Source: Burkholderiales bacterium (GTDB lineage: Bacteria > Pseudomonadota > Gammaproteobacteria > Burkholderiales > SG8-39). From it: a stretch of DNA of 64,000 nt. Made by a program: the position numbers and the translations under genes. Below, in pieces: positions 1 to 8,930 of this stretch (positions are counted from its first letter, which is position 1; every line of letters begins with the position of its first letter). The stretch is from the NCBI GenBank assembly GCA_020848075.1, contig JADLAV010000084.1, forward strand, positions 4,387 to 68,386, written 5' to 3'. Below the pieces are notes generated by a model. It worked only from the letters and a program-made list of their open reading frames with translations. It was not told the origin of the DNA and did no database searches.

Positions 1-922
1 ACTGCACGCGGTCCCTGGTCTTCTCGAGCATGTCGGGGCGCCCGCCATAGGAGAGGATGTCGAGGCCGCAGGGCGCGAGCACCATCGGGATGCCGGCGTT
101 CACCGCTGCCATGAGCCGGTCGGGTCCCGGGTCGCGGTTACCCTTGAACAGGTGCTCCATCACCCCGCCGATGCAGATGTCGAGCACGCCGTGGAAGGCG
201 CCGTCGCGGATCATCTCCTCCATCGCCTTGTCGCCCTTGCCCTGGGCATGGCAGACGATCGGCGTGAAGCCGGCCTCCTCCAGAAGGCCGAGCGCGGACT
301 GCACCGCCATCTCGCCGAAGCCGAACGACGAAACGGCGACGCAGGGCTTGTCGAAGCGGATATCGGTGCCCTGCGTCATCTCGACCATGCCGCAGATGGC
401 GCCCACCGCGTTCGTGATCTGCGCCTCGAGGAGCGGGTTCATCTTCACGATGTCGAGCACCGTGTGGTGCATGGTGATGTCGCGCGTGCCGACGTACTTG
501 TCGATGTAGGCCGGGTGCGCCGCCATCGGCGAGGCCATCACCTTGGGCATGCCGAAGGGCAGTCGCTGCATGATCGACGTGGCCACCAGCGTCGCGGTGC
601 CGCCGCCGATGCCGATAATGCCGTGCACGCGGCCCTGCTTCACCAGCTCGTCGACGATCGCCGCGGCGCCCTTGATCTGGTTCGCGGTCGCCGTGTCCCG
701 ATCGGAGCGGTACTTCTCGCGCACCACCTCGATCGGGAGCCCGCCCCGCGCGGCCACCTCCTCGGTGCGGATGTCGCCGGGGAAGGGCGGCGGCTCCTCC
801 ATGCTGAAGTCGAGCAGGATGGCCTCGTGCCCGCGGTCGGCGATCAACCGCTTGACGAAGACGATGTCCTCGCCGCGCGTGTCGAGATTGCAGACGACGA
901 CGATGCCTTTCCTGGGGCTCAT
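1..922 (-). CDS. UPF0261 / Tm-1-like ATP-binding domain protein (C-terminal part runs off the window)
   Basis: Hand translation of the minus strand from the ATG at 922 gives MSPRKGIVVVCNLDTRGEDIVFVKRLIADRGHEAILLDFS...HGIIGIGGGTATLVATSIMQRLPFGMPKVMASP..., which is typical of UPF0261. The start overlaps the UbiD stop (ATGA at 919-922). It is absent from the ORF track because there is no stop in the window. Confidence 0.7.
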   Translation of the reverse strand, partial: MSPRKGIVVVCNLDTRGEDIVFVKRLIADRGHEAILLDFSMEEPPPFPGDIRTEEVAARGGLPIEVVREKYRSDRDTATANQIKGAAAIVDELVKQGRVHGIIGIGGGTATLVATSIMQRLPFGMPKVMASPMAAHPAYIDKYVGTRDITMHHTVLDIVKMNPLLEAQITNAVGAICGMVEMTQGTDIRFDKPCVAVSSFGFGEMAVQSALGLLEEAGFTPIVCHAQGKGDKAMEEMIRDGAFHGVLDICIGGVMEHLFKGNRDPGPDRLMAAVNAGIPMVLAPCGLDILSYGGRPDMLEKTRDRVQ

Positions 923-2430
923 TTCGCCTTGGCCTGCTTCGGCGCCTCGGGACGCGTGAGCCGCGGGATCATGTCCGCTACCGGGCTCGAGCCCTTGAAG
1001 CCGTACTCGTTCCAGCGGTCGGACACCTTCTGCAGCACGGCGCGGTCCATGAAGATCTCGCTCGGCTTGTTCTTCCACTCGAACGGCGTGCAGGCGTCGA
1101 GCAGGATGCGGCTCGTGATCTCGCGCGCCTCGATCGGCAGCCCCGGGTCGAGGGGCGTGGAGCGCCCGCGGTCGATGATCTGCGCCGAGCGCTTCGGATC
1201 GAAGCGGGTGGCGAGCGCCCACCAGATGCGGTCCCAATCGTCGGCGGCGATGTCGTGGTCCACCGTGATGACGCCCTTCACGCCGTAGTGCCCGGTCGTG
1301 CTCGCGATCACCGCATTGCCGACGTGGTTCGAGTGGCCGGGATACATCTGCTTCACCGACACCACGACCCAGAACCGGCCGCACGCCTCCGGCGGGATGT
1401 AGACGCTCTGGACGCCCGGCACCTTCATCGTCTCGAGGTCGTACCAGAGCGTCGCCGTGCGGTTGAGCGACTGGATCATGTGGATGTCGTTGATCGGCTT
1501 GCCCACCGTGGTCGCCCAGAACACGGGCTGGTTGCGGTGGAGGATGCGCTTCACGCGCAGCACCGGCTTCGGATAGTCCTTGCCCTTGTTGCCGGAGTAG
1601 TAGCCGGTGTACTCGCCGAACGGGCCTTCGTCCATGAGCTCGTTCGGGTCGATCCAGCCCTCGGCGATGATCTCGGCGTGGGCCGGCAGCGTGAGGCCGG
1701 TGAGATCGGACTTGAACACCGGCACTGGGCGTCCGCGGAGCGAGCCGGCGATGTCGTACTCATCGGTCTGCGCCGACACGAGCGTCGAGCCGGCCAGGAA
1801 GAGCACCGGATCGCAGCCAACCACATAGGCCGCCGGCATGAGCTCGCCGCGCTCGGCGTACTTTTTCATGTGCATGTCGCCGTGCTTGCCCTTGATGATC
1901 TGCGAGCCGAGGATGTTCTTGTCGAGCACCTGCGCGCGGTAGGTGCCGAGGTTCGTCCAGCCCGTGTCCGGGTCCTTGGTGACGAGGTAGCCGGCGGTGA
2001 CGAAGAAGCGGCCGCCGTCGTCGGGGTAGAACCACGGCACCGGGAACGCCTCGAGATCGACCGCGTCGCCCTCGACCACGTTCTCCATCACCTTGGGGTT
2101 GTCGACGAAGCGCGGCTTCACCATCTGCCTGGTCGTCTGCTCCATCCACTTCTTGGAGAGCTGGCTCATCGAGAGCGCCGGATCCTGCTCGAGCGCGAGG
2201 GCGAGCCGCTGCGGCGTGGTGAAGGCGCTCGTGAACACCGGGATCTTGTAGCCCTTCACGTTCTCGTACAGGAGCGCCGGCCCCTTCTGCTCCTCGTTCA
2301 CCTTGGAGACGTGGCAGAGCTCCCACTTCCAGTCGACCTCGGCCGTCACCCGGTGCAGCATGCCGTGGATCTCGCAGGCCTCGATGTAGTCGCGCAGATC
2401 CTCGATCGGCTTCACTTCCAAGCGTTTCAT
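919..2430 (-). CDS. UbiD-family (de)carboxylase, PpcA/PpcB-like
   Basis: 503-aa ORF with UbiD hallmarks: NLGTYR, KGKHGDMH, TDEYDIAG and EGPFGEYTGYY. GAGGAGG RBS lies upstream of the ATG at 2430. Confidence 0.9.
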   Translation of the reverse strand: MKRLEVKPIEDLRDYIEACEIHGMLHRVTAEVDWKWELCHVSKVNEEQKGPALLYENVKGYKIPVFTSAFTTPQRLALALEQDPALSMSQLSKKWMEQTTRQMVKPRFVDNPKVMENVVEGDAVDLEAFPVPWFYPDDGGRFFVTAGYLVTKDPDTGWTNLGTYRAQVLDKNILGSQIIKGKHGDMHMKKYAERGELMPAAYVVGCDPVLFLAGSTLVSAQTDEYDIAGSLRGRPVPVFKSDLTGLTLPAHAEIIAEGWIDPNELMDEGPFGEYTGYYSGNKGKDYPKPVLRVKRILHRNQPVFWATTVGKPINDIHMIQSLNRTATLWYDLETMKVPGVQSVYIPPEACGRFWVVVSVKQMYPGHSNHVGNAVIASTTGHYGVKGVITVDHDIAADDWDRIWWALATRFDPKRSAQIIDRGRSTPLDPGLPIEAREITSRILLDACTPFEWKNKPSEIFMDRAVLQKVSDRWNEYGFKGSSPVADMIPRLTRPEAPKQAKAK

Positions 2431-2516
2431 CGGTCTTCCTCCTCGTTGCGATAGTCTGTGTTCCCTTCCCGCGCCCCGCCTCGGCTGCGCCTCGCTGGCA
2501 GGGAACCCCTTATTCA

Positions 2517-2592
2517 GTCATTCCCGCGCAAGTGGGAATCCAGGAAGTCGCTGATTGCCCACGAGCTGGATTCCCGCTTGCGCGGGAATGAC
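2517..2592. repeat. REP-like inverted pair (two 27-nt GTCATTCCCGCGCAAGTGGGAATCCAG units, one mismatch, 22-nt spacer)
   Basis: 2517-2543 and 2566-2592 are reverse complements with one mismatch. Each unit is itself a small hairpin (ATTCCCGC/GTGGGAAT). The pair lies in the ppsB-like / UbiD intercistronic gap. Confidence 0.7.
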
Positions 2593-2611
2593 GAGGTTCG
2601 TCCAGGCTTTC

Positions 2612-3760
2612 TTACGTCACGCGTTTCCCCTGCAGCATCCCGCTCAGGATGTGGTCGAGCGCCGTCTTTGCGGCGGGCCGGGCCTCGGCCGGCGGCTTGG
2701 TGCTCCACACCGTTTCCGGCCGCGCCTGCAGGATGAAGATGTTGCCGCCGGCGGGCAGGTCCTTGTCGACCGCCCACTCGATGTCCATCGGCCGGCCGTA
2801 ATGGCGCTCGATCGCCTTGCCCATGCGCGCGAGCTCGATCACCTCCTCGTCGATGATCGACTGGACGGTCTGGCGCTCGAACGGCACCTCCTGCGCCCGC
2901 GACTTCTGGGCGCTGAAATCGACCGTGTAGCAGATCTCCTTGCGCGAGATGGTGCGGCCGATGATGTCGAGCGACACCTTGTTCACCACGAAGTGATCGG
3001 GCGTGACCTCGCCGGACACCACCGACTCGCCGAATCCGAAATTCGAGTCGAGCGCGATCACCGAGCGGTCGCCGTTGGCCGGGTCGAGGGTGAACATGAC
3101 ACCCGCGGCGAAGGAGTTCGCCATCTTCTGCACGCCGACGCTGATCGCCACCGCGTCGTGCGCGAAGCCCATCTTCGCGCGGTAGGCGATCGCCCGCGCG
3201 GTGAAAAGGCTCCCCATGCAGCGGCGCGCATGCGTGAGCACGTCGTCGATGCCGCGGATCCAGAGATAGGTGTCCTGCTGCCCGGCGAAGCTCGCGCCTG
3301 GCAGATCCTCGGCGGTGGCGCTCGAGCGCACCGCCACGGGTGTGGCCGGCAGGCAGCAGCGCACGCCGAGCTTGCGGTAGAACTCCGCGACCGAGTCCTC
3401 GAGCGCCATCGAGAACGGCGTCGCCTCGACGAGGGCTCGAAGCTCGCGGCTGCGCGCCTCCAGCGCATCCATGTCGCGGGCATCGATGCCGGTCGTGAGC
3501 TCGCGGATCGCGTCTGCGATGCCGCCTTCGCGCACGAAGCGCCGGTACGCCGCAGTCGTCAGTGCGAAGCCCGGGGGCACGCGCACGCCGGCGTTGATGA
3601 GCTCGCCGAGGGAGGCGCACTTGCCGCCCACGACGGCAACGGCGCCCTTGTCTACCTCCTGGAACCAGAGGAGCTCGGCTGCGCCGTCGGGCGCGGCCTC
3701 GGCCGTGGTCCCCGGAAGGGTTCCAGCCATGAAGCGTTCCATGTCGCTTGGGTCGCGCAC
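2612..3760 (-). CDS. PEP/pyruvate-binding (ATP-grasp) protein, phenylphosphate synthase beta-subunit-like (PpsB-like)
   Basis: 382-aa ORF with ...VVGGKCASLGELINAGVRVPPGFALTTAAY...SSATAEDLPGASFAGQQDTYL..., the N-terminal nucleotide-binding module of the PEP synthase/PPDK family. The GTG start at 3760 is uncertain; in-frame ATGs at 3742 and 3733 are alternatives. Confidence 0.8.
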   Translation of the reverse strand: MRDPSDMERFMAGTLPGTTAEAAPDGAAELLWFQEVDKGAVAVVGGKCASLGELINAGVRVPPGFALTTAAYRRFVREGGIADAIRELTTGIDARDMDALEARSRELRALVEATPFSMALEDSVAEFYRKLGVRCCLPATPVAVRSSATAEDLPGASFAGQQDTYLWIRGIDDVLTHARRCMGSLFTARAIAYRAKMGFAHDAVAISVGVQKMANSFAAGVMFTLDPANGDRSVIALDSNFGFGESVVSGEVTPDHFVVNKVSLDIIGRTISRKEICYTVDFSAQKSRAQEVPFERQTVQSIIDEEVIELARMGKAIERHYGRPMDIEWAVDKDLPAGGNIFILQARPETVWSTKPPAEARPAAKTALDHILSGMLQGKRVT

Positions 3761-3761
3761 G

Positions 3762-3787
3762 CCCCGCGGCGGCTGCCCGCCGCGGGG
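3762..3787 (-). other. Intercistronic GC hairpin (11-bp perfect stem) between the ppsA-like stop and the ppsB-like start
   Basis: CCCCGCGGCGG-CTGC-CCGCCGCGGGG, read directly. It abuts the candidate GTG start at 3760. Confidence 0.4.
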
Positions 3788-3797
3788 CTGGACGTGG

Positions 3798-5630
3798 CTA
3801 CCGGGCGATGTTCACCGCGCCGGTGGAGCCGTCGACCCGGAGCAGCATGCCGGTCTTGATCACCTTCGTCGCGTGCCCGGTGCCGACGACGGCCGGCATG
3901 CCGTACTCGCGGCAGACGATCGCCGCGTGGCTCATCACGCCGCCGACGTCGGTGACGCACGCCTTGATCTTGGCGAACGCCGGCGCCCAGGACGGCGACG
4001 TGGTCGGCGCCACCAGGATCTCGCCCTCCTCGAGCTGGCGCACCTCGTCCACCGTCCGGCACACGCGCGCCCTGCCTTCGATCACGCCGGGGCTGCCGGC
4101 AAAGCCGTTCAGCACGCTGATGGTCGACGGGTCCTTCACCTGCTGCACCGCGGCCCAGTCGGCGAGCGACTTGTTGGTCACGCCCCAGAGCACGATGGTG
4201 AACGGCTCCTGGATGACTTCCGGCGCGGTGCCGATGGCGGGCGGTGCGTGCCACTCGCGGAACTTCTGCATAACGCCTTTGCGCCACGTGATCTCCTTCG
4301 GCCAGGTCTTGGTGCCGCGTGGCGTCGTGCCGGTGGCCCAGGCGGTGACGACGTCCCACAGGGCGGACTTCACCTCGTCACGCCGCAGGTACCAGACGTC
4401 CTCGATATCGGCGATGAGGCCGTGCTCCTTCAGGATCGCCGCGACCTCGCGCACCTTGTTCCAGAAGATCGAGTGGAACCAGTGCTCGACGTAGAAGAGG
4501 TGGTTCTCGACGTACGGGAACACGGTCTTCGCGGTGCCGAGCAGCTCGTCGAAGGTCTTGCGGTCCTCCTCGCGCTCGATGAGCGCGCGGTACTCCTTCA
4601 CGATGCGGTCGCGCTCGGCGCGCACCTGGTCCATCGGCCGCTCGATGTTGGCGCCCTGCTTGAGCTTGCCGATGTAGGTGGCGATGCCGGAGAGCGGCAC
4701 GTTCATCGCATCGTTCCAGCAGCGGTCGTGGTGGTACCAGCCGGTGCCGGTGGAGATGTAGAACCAGGGATCGCGCGCCTTGTCGAGCGCGGCGAGCCAC
4801 TCCTTGCCCTTCGGCAGCTTCTTCAGCGCCGGCTCGACCTCGCTCCACTCCTGGCTGAACGTGACCGCCTGCTCGATGCCGAGCTCGATCGCCTTGCGGG
4901 CGAGCTTCTTCAGCTCCTCGTCCGACTGGTACATGATGACGTCGATGCCGGAGATCATCTGCGTCACGCGCTGCACCGGGATGCTCGGGAACTGCTTCTG
5001 CACGAAGTCGAGGAAGAAGACGTACGCGGCGTAGCCCAGGTTCAGGAACTCGAAGTGGTACTGCCAGCACTTGATGCCGAGATTGATCAGGTCGTCGTAG
5101 GCCTTGATGAGGTGGAAGCCCTTCGACTCGCCGAGGCCTTCGGTCACCACGCGCAGGTCCTCCATCTCGGGCAGCGTCGGGATCGAGAGCCCCTGGAGTT
5201 CCGCGATGGTGTTCTTCATCTTCTGCTTCCACTTCTCTTCCAGCGCGTCCCAGTTCTTGTAGTAGTAGCCGGCGCGCTCCATGAAGTGCGGTGCGCGCGC
5301 CTCGATGTCGGCGGGATTCTTCACCGGGACCGGCGAGATGTAGACGTAGCCGTTGATGATGCGGTGATCGACCCCGCGCACCGGCGGCACCTGGAAGATG
5401 CGGTTGTTGTACTGCGACAGCGCCAGGAACCACGCCTCGTCCCAGATCGTGTCGAACGGATAGAGCGGCTCCGGGTAGTGCAGGCCGTCGTAGAACCAGA
5501 ACGTCTGCTCCTCGTAGGCCTTGCGCTCCGGGTCGTCCGTGACGAACTGGTACTGGTACGGGTACATCCGCTCCCAGCCCTCGGTGCCCGGAATGGCCTT
5601 GATGTCGTGCGGGTTCGGAAATGTCGGCAT
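3798..5630 (-). CDS. Phenylphosphate synthase alpha-subunit-like protein (PpsA-like; PEP-utilising mobile His domain at the C-terminus)
   Basis: The ORF 3798..5711 is trimmed to the ATG at 5630 (MPTFPNPHDIKAIPGTEGWERMYPYQYQFVTDD...), which has an AGGAGG RBS at 5635-5640. The C-terminus ...TTSPSWAPAFAKIKACVTDVGGVMSHAAIVCREYGMPAVVG is the phospho-His swivel domain. Confidence 0.85.
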   Translation of the reverse strand: MPTFPNPHDIKAIPGTEGWERMYPYQYQFVTDDPERKAYEEQTFWFYDGLHYPEPLYPFDTIWDEAWFLALSQYNNRIFQVPPVRGVDHRIINGYVYISPVPVKNPADIEARAPHFMERAGYYYKNWDALEEKWKQKMKNTIAELQGLSIPTLPEMEDLRVVTEGLGESKGFHLIKAYDDLINLGIKCWQYHFEFLNLGYAAYVFFLDFVQKQFPSIPVQRVTQMISGIDVIMYQSDEELKKLARKAIELGIEQAVTFSQEWSEVEPALKKLPKGKEWLAALDKARDPWFYISTGTGWYHHDRCWNDAMNVPLSGIATYIGKLKQGANIERPMDQVRAERDRIVKEYRALIEREEDRKTFDELLGTAKTVFPYVENHLFYVEHWFHSIFWNKVREVAAILKEHGLIADIEDVWYLRRDEVKSALWDVVTAWATGTTPRGTKTWPKEITWRKGVMQKFREWHAPPAIGTAPEVIQEPFTIVLWGVTNKSLADWAAVQQVKDPSTISVLNGFAGSPGVIEGRARVCRTVDEVRQLEEGEILVAPTTSPSWAPAFAKIKACVTDVGGVMSHAAIVCREYGMPAVVGTGHATKVIKTGMLLRVDGSTGAVNIAR

Positions 5631-5682
5631 GGCTCCTCCTCTCGATACCGGCGAGCGCGATGCGCTCGGGTGAGAGGCTGCC

Positions 5683-5698
5683 TGCAATCGCCGTGCCA
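5683..5698 (-). promoter_or_regulatory. Sigma54 (-24/-12) promoter TGGCACGGCGATTGCA
   Basis: The plus strand reads TGCAATCGCCGTGCCA, whose reverse complement is TGGCAC-N5-TTGCA, a perfect consensus. It lies about 55 nt upstream of the ppsA-like ATG and faces a divergent sigma54 activator gene. Confidence 0.8.
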
Positions 5699-5828
5699 CC
5701 GCAGCGCACAACGCCCCGCCGTCATTCTTGTCGACCGAGCCTGCCCGCGGAAAGTGAAGCTTGTCCTGCCGCGCCGCAGCATCATCATTTGGTGAATTGG
5801 CAGCGGCGAAAGCATCCGATACTCATCC

Positions 5829-5864
5829 TTTGATCAAATGGTGAAGTCGTGAGATGGATCAAAA
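5829..5864. promoter_or_regulatory. Candidate activator UAS (TTTGATCAAA palindrome plus a second GATCAAAA)
   Basis: A perfect 10-bp palindrome at 5829-5838 and a related half-site at 5857-5864, in a locally AT-richer tract about 135-165 bp upstream of the -24 element. Confidence 0.3.
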
Positions 5865-5913
5865 TGCGTTGTCCGTTGCGGCGATATAGACATCCATTCG
5901 GACGGAGGGCTCC

Positions 5914-7638
5914 ATGACGCGCTTGAAAAAGGTGGCGCATCGCGATGCCGGCGATCTGCGCTCGCAGGTCCGTTTCTCGGCCGAGAGCGGCCATATCTGG
6001 CTGCACGAGCACCGGATGCTGCTGGTGCATGCCGACGCGCAAGCATCGCTCCGCAAGGAGTTGATCGACACGCTCGGGCTCGCGCGCGCGCGGGGGCTCT
6101 TGACGCGCATGGGCTACGCGTCGGGCGTGCGCGATGCGGAACTGGCGCGAAACCGGATGCAGAGCAAGAGCGACCTCGACGCGTTCATGACCGGGCCGCA
6201 GCTGCACACCCTCGAGGGCATCGTGCTCGTCACGCCGATCAGGCTCGAGGTCGACCGTGCGCGCGGGAAGTTCTACGGCGAATTCCTGTGGGAGAACTCG
6301 TGGGAGGGGCAGACGCACCGGCGCGACTTCGGCATCCACCACGAGCCGGTGTGCTGGACCCAGATCGGCTACGTGTGCGGATACACGTCGGCCTTCATGG
6401 GCCGTCCGATCCTCTACAGGGAGGTCGAGTGCAGCGGCGCGGGCGACAGCCACTGCACGATCGTCGGCAAGCCCGTGGAAGAATGGGACGACGCCGACGC
6501 GGACATGCGGTACTTCAGCCCGGAGTCGATCGCGAATCAGCTGCTCGACCTGCAGACCCAGGTCGCGGAGCTTCGGTCCACGATCGAGGGGAAGGAGCGC
6601 CTGCCGGGCGACATGGTGGGCGACTCGCCGGGTTTCCGGCTCGCCTACGAGCTCCTGCGCAAGGCCGCGGGCACGCACATCACCGTGCTGCTGCTCGGCG
6701 AGACCGGCGTGGGCAAGGAAATGTTCGCGCGCCGGCTGCACGAGATGGGGCCGCGCGCGAGCGAGGCGCTGGTGGCCGTGAACTGCGCTGCGATTCCCCA
6801 GGAGCTCGTCGAGTCCGAGCTTTTCGGCGTCGAGAAAGGCGCCTACACCGGCGCGCAGGCCTCGCGTCCGGGACGGTTCGAGCGCGCGCACGGGGGGACG
6901 CTCTTTCTCGACGAGGTCGGCGACCTGCCGCTCGCGGCGCAGGCGAAGCTCTTGCGCGTGCTCCAGGACGGGGAAGTCGAGCGCCTCGGCGATCATCGCA
7001 CGCGCAAGGTCAACGTCCGGCTCGTCGCGGCGACCAACCGCAACCTGCAGGGGCTGGTGGCGCAGGGCAAGTTCCGCTCCGACCTCTACTATCGGTTGAA
7101 CGCCTACCAGATCCACATCCCGCCGCTCCGCGAGCGCCCGGAGGACACCCGGCTCCTGTTCAAGCGGCTGGTCGAGAAGTACTCGGTGATCCACGGCAAG
7201 AAGATCGCGGGCATCACCGACAAGGCGAAGAAGGCGCTGCTCGCGTACTCCTGGCCGGGAAACATCCGGGAGCTGCAGAACACCGTGGAGCGCGGTGTCA
7301 TCCTGGCCCCGCACGGCGGGCGCATGGAGATCGAGCATCTCTTCACGTCATGGGATGGTGGCAAGGCGGGCGAGATCGGCATCGACCGCTATGGCGCGCT
7401 CGACGTGCACGCCCGCGCGGGCGACGAGTTCTGCGAATCGGTCCTCGCCGGCACGATGACGCTCGACCAGGTCGAGGCCAAGCTGATCGAGATGGCCGTG
7501 AGCCGGGCCGGCGGAAATCTCTCGCTCGCGGCGCGCACGCTCGGGCTCACCCGCCCGCAGCTCGCCTATCGCCTGAAAGGGCTCCAGGCAGAGGCGCAGG
7601 GCGTCGTCGCACCGGCAGGCGAGTCGGCAACCGCATAG
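5914..7638 (+). CDS. Sigma54-dependent transcriptional activator, XylR/DmpR (NtrC) family with XylR_N + V4R sensor
   Basis: 574 aa. The N-terminal ...[36 protein letters not shown] is V4R-like. The AAA+ domain has [23 protein letters not shown] and FLDEVGDL. C-terminal HTH. GGAGGG RBS. Confidence 0.9.
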   Translation: MTRLKKVAHRDAGDLRSQVRFSAESGHIWLHEHRMLLVHADAQASLRKELIDTLGLARARGLLTRMGYASGVRDAELARNRMQSKSDLDAFMTGPQLHTLEGIVLVTPIRLEVDRARGKFYGEFLWENSWEGQTHRRDFGIHHEPVCWTQIGYVCGYTSAFMGRPILYREVECSGAGDSHCTIVGKPVEEWDDADADMRYFSPESIANQLLDLQTQVAELRSTIEGKERLPGDMVGDSPGFRLAYELLRKAAGTHITVLLLGETGVGKEMFARRLHEMGPRASEALVAVNCAAIPQELVESELFGVEKGAYTGAQASRPGRFERAHGGTLFLDEVGDLPLAAQAKLLRVLQDGEVERLGDHRTRKVNVRLVAATNRNLQGLVAQGKFRSDLYYRLNAYQIHIPPLRERPEDTRLLFKRLVEKYSVIHGKKIAGITDKAKKALLAYSWPGNIRELQNTVERGVILAPHGGRMEIEHLFTSWDGGKAGEIGIDRYGALDVHARAGDEFCESVLAGTMTLDQVEAKLIEMAVSRAGGNLSLAARTLGLTRPQLAYRLKGLQAEAQGVVAPAGESATA

Positions 7639-7659
7639 ACGCGACGGCGGCCGCGTTCC

Positions 7660-8721
7660 ATGAGCGAGCAGTTCGACGGCACGATGCCGGTCGCCGAGCG
7701 GCACCGTTTCGATGCTCGCGCGCTCGCGCGCTACCTCGGCGCCAAGGTGGCGGGCTTCGGCGGCGCGCTCGCGGTCGAGCAGTTTCGCGGCGGCCAGTCG
7801 AACCCGACCTACCTCCTGTCGGCGGGCGGCCGCCGCTACGTGATGCGCGCGAAGCCCGCGCCGGCCGCCAAGCTCCTGCCGTCCGCGCACGCGATCGAGC
7901 GTGAGTACCGCGTGATCTCGGCGCTGGGCCGCGCCGGCGTGCCGGTCCCGCGGACGTTCGTCCTGTGCGAGGACGAGAGCGTCATCGGGCGCGCCTTCTT
8001 CGTCATGGAGTACGTCGAAGGGCGCGTCCTCTGGGACCAGTCGCTGCCGGGGATGGGCCGGGACGAGCGGCGTGCGATCTACGACGAGATGAACCGGGTG
8101 ATCGCGGCGCTGCACGCCGTGCCGTATGCCGGCGTCGGGCTCGCGGATTTCGGCAAGCCGGGGAACTATCTCGCGCGCCAGATCGCGCGCTGGTCCAAGC
8201 AGTACCAGGCGTCGCAGACCGAGACGATCGCGGCGATGGACCGCCTGATCGAGTGGCTGCCGTCGCACGTTCCGCCGGGCGACGAGACGTCGGTCGTGCA
8301 CGGAGACTACCGCATGGACAACCTGATCTTCCATCCGAGCGAGCCGCGCATCCTCGCCGTGCTCGACTGGGAGCTCTCGACCCTCGGCCACCCCCTCGCG
8401 GATTTTTCGTACCATTGCATGAGCTGGCACATTCCGCCGGAGCGCTTCCGCGGGATCGGGGGTCTCGATCTCGGCGCGCTCGGCATCCCGAGCGAGCCGG
8501 ACTACGTCGCGCTCTACTGCCGGCGTACCGGGCGCTCGTCGATCGAGCACTGGGACTTCTATCTCGCGTACAACATGTTCCGGCTCGCCGCGATCCTGCA
8601 GGGCATCATGAAGCGGGCACTGGAAGGCACCGCGGCGAGCCAGCGGGCGCTCGACGCCGGCAAGCGCGCCCGCCCGCTCGCCGAGATGGGGTGGCGGCTG
8701 GTGGAGGAGCGTATCTTGTGA
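7660..8721 (+). CDS. Phosphotransferase (APH/ChoK fold), ACAD10/11 N-terminal-like / LvaA-like kinase
   Basis: 353 aa. QFRGGQSNPTYLL, HGDYRMDNLIF (HxDxxxxN) and LDWE motifs. Confidence 0.85.
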   Translation: MSEQFDGTMPVAERHRFDARALARYLGAKVAGFGGALAVEQFRGGQSNPTYLLSAGGRRYVMRAKPAPAAKLLPSAHAIEREYRVISALGRAGVPVPRTFVLCEDESVIGRAFFVMEYVEGRVLWDQSLPGMGRDERRAIYDEMNRVIAALHAVPYAGVGLADFGKPGNYLARQIARWSKQYQASQTETIAAMDRLIEWLPSHVPPGDETSVVHGDYRMDNLIFHPSEPRILAVLDWELSTLGHPLADFSYHCMSWHIPPERFRGIGGLDLGALGIPSEPDYVALYCRRTGRSSIEHWDFYLAYNMFRLAAILQGIMKRALEGTAASQRALDAGKRARPLAEMGWRLVEERIL

Positions 8722-8731
8722 TTCGAAAGGG

Positions 8732-8904
8732 CACCACCCCGGCCGCTTCGCGGCCACCCCTCCTCTCCGAGGCGGGGAAGACATCCTTTATCCCCTCCTT
8801 TTCAAGGGGTGCCGGGCGAAGCCCGGCGGGGTGGTTCGCGCGGACCGCTGGCGAAGCCGGCGGAGTGGTTCGCGCGGAGCGCTGGCGAGGCCGGCGGGGT
8901 GGTT
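8732..8904. repeat. GC-rich double-hairpin repeat cluster (inverted pair plus two extra 34-bp tandem units)
   Basis: CACCACCCCGGCCGCTTCGCGGCCACCCCTCCT... is followed by the opposite-orientation CCCCTCCTTTTCAAGGGGTGCCGGGCGAAGCCCGGCGGGGTGGTT. Tandem units follow at 8837-8870 and 8871-8904 (CGCGCGGAsCGCTGGCGArGCCGGCGGrGTGGTT). Confidence 0.65.
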
Positions 8905-8930
8905 GTGACGAGCGTGAGGAGTAGCGATCG

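Noticed and set aside
57-2454. Plus-strand ORFs 57..509, 152..1288, 543..959 and 1255..2454 at the left end.
   Set aside because: They are antisense to the UPF0261 and UbiD genes. The composition is low-complexity and no motifs are present.
8837-8904. Tandem 34-bp direct repeats considered as a mini-CRISPR or VNTR.
   Set aside because: There are only two contiguous units with no spacers, they are homologous to the adjacent hairpin repeat, and no cas genes are present. They are best explained as local amplification of the repeat element.
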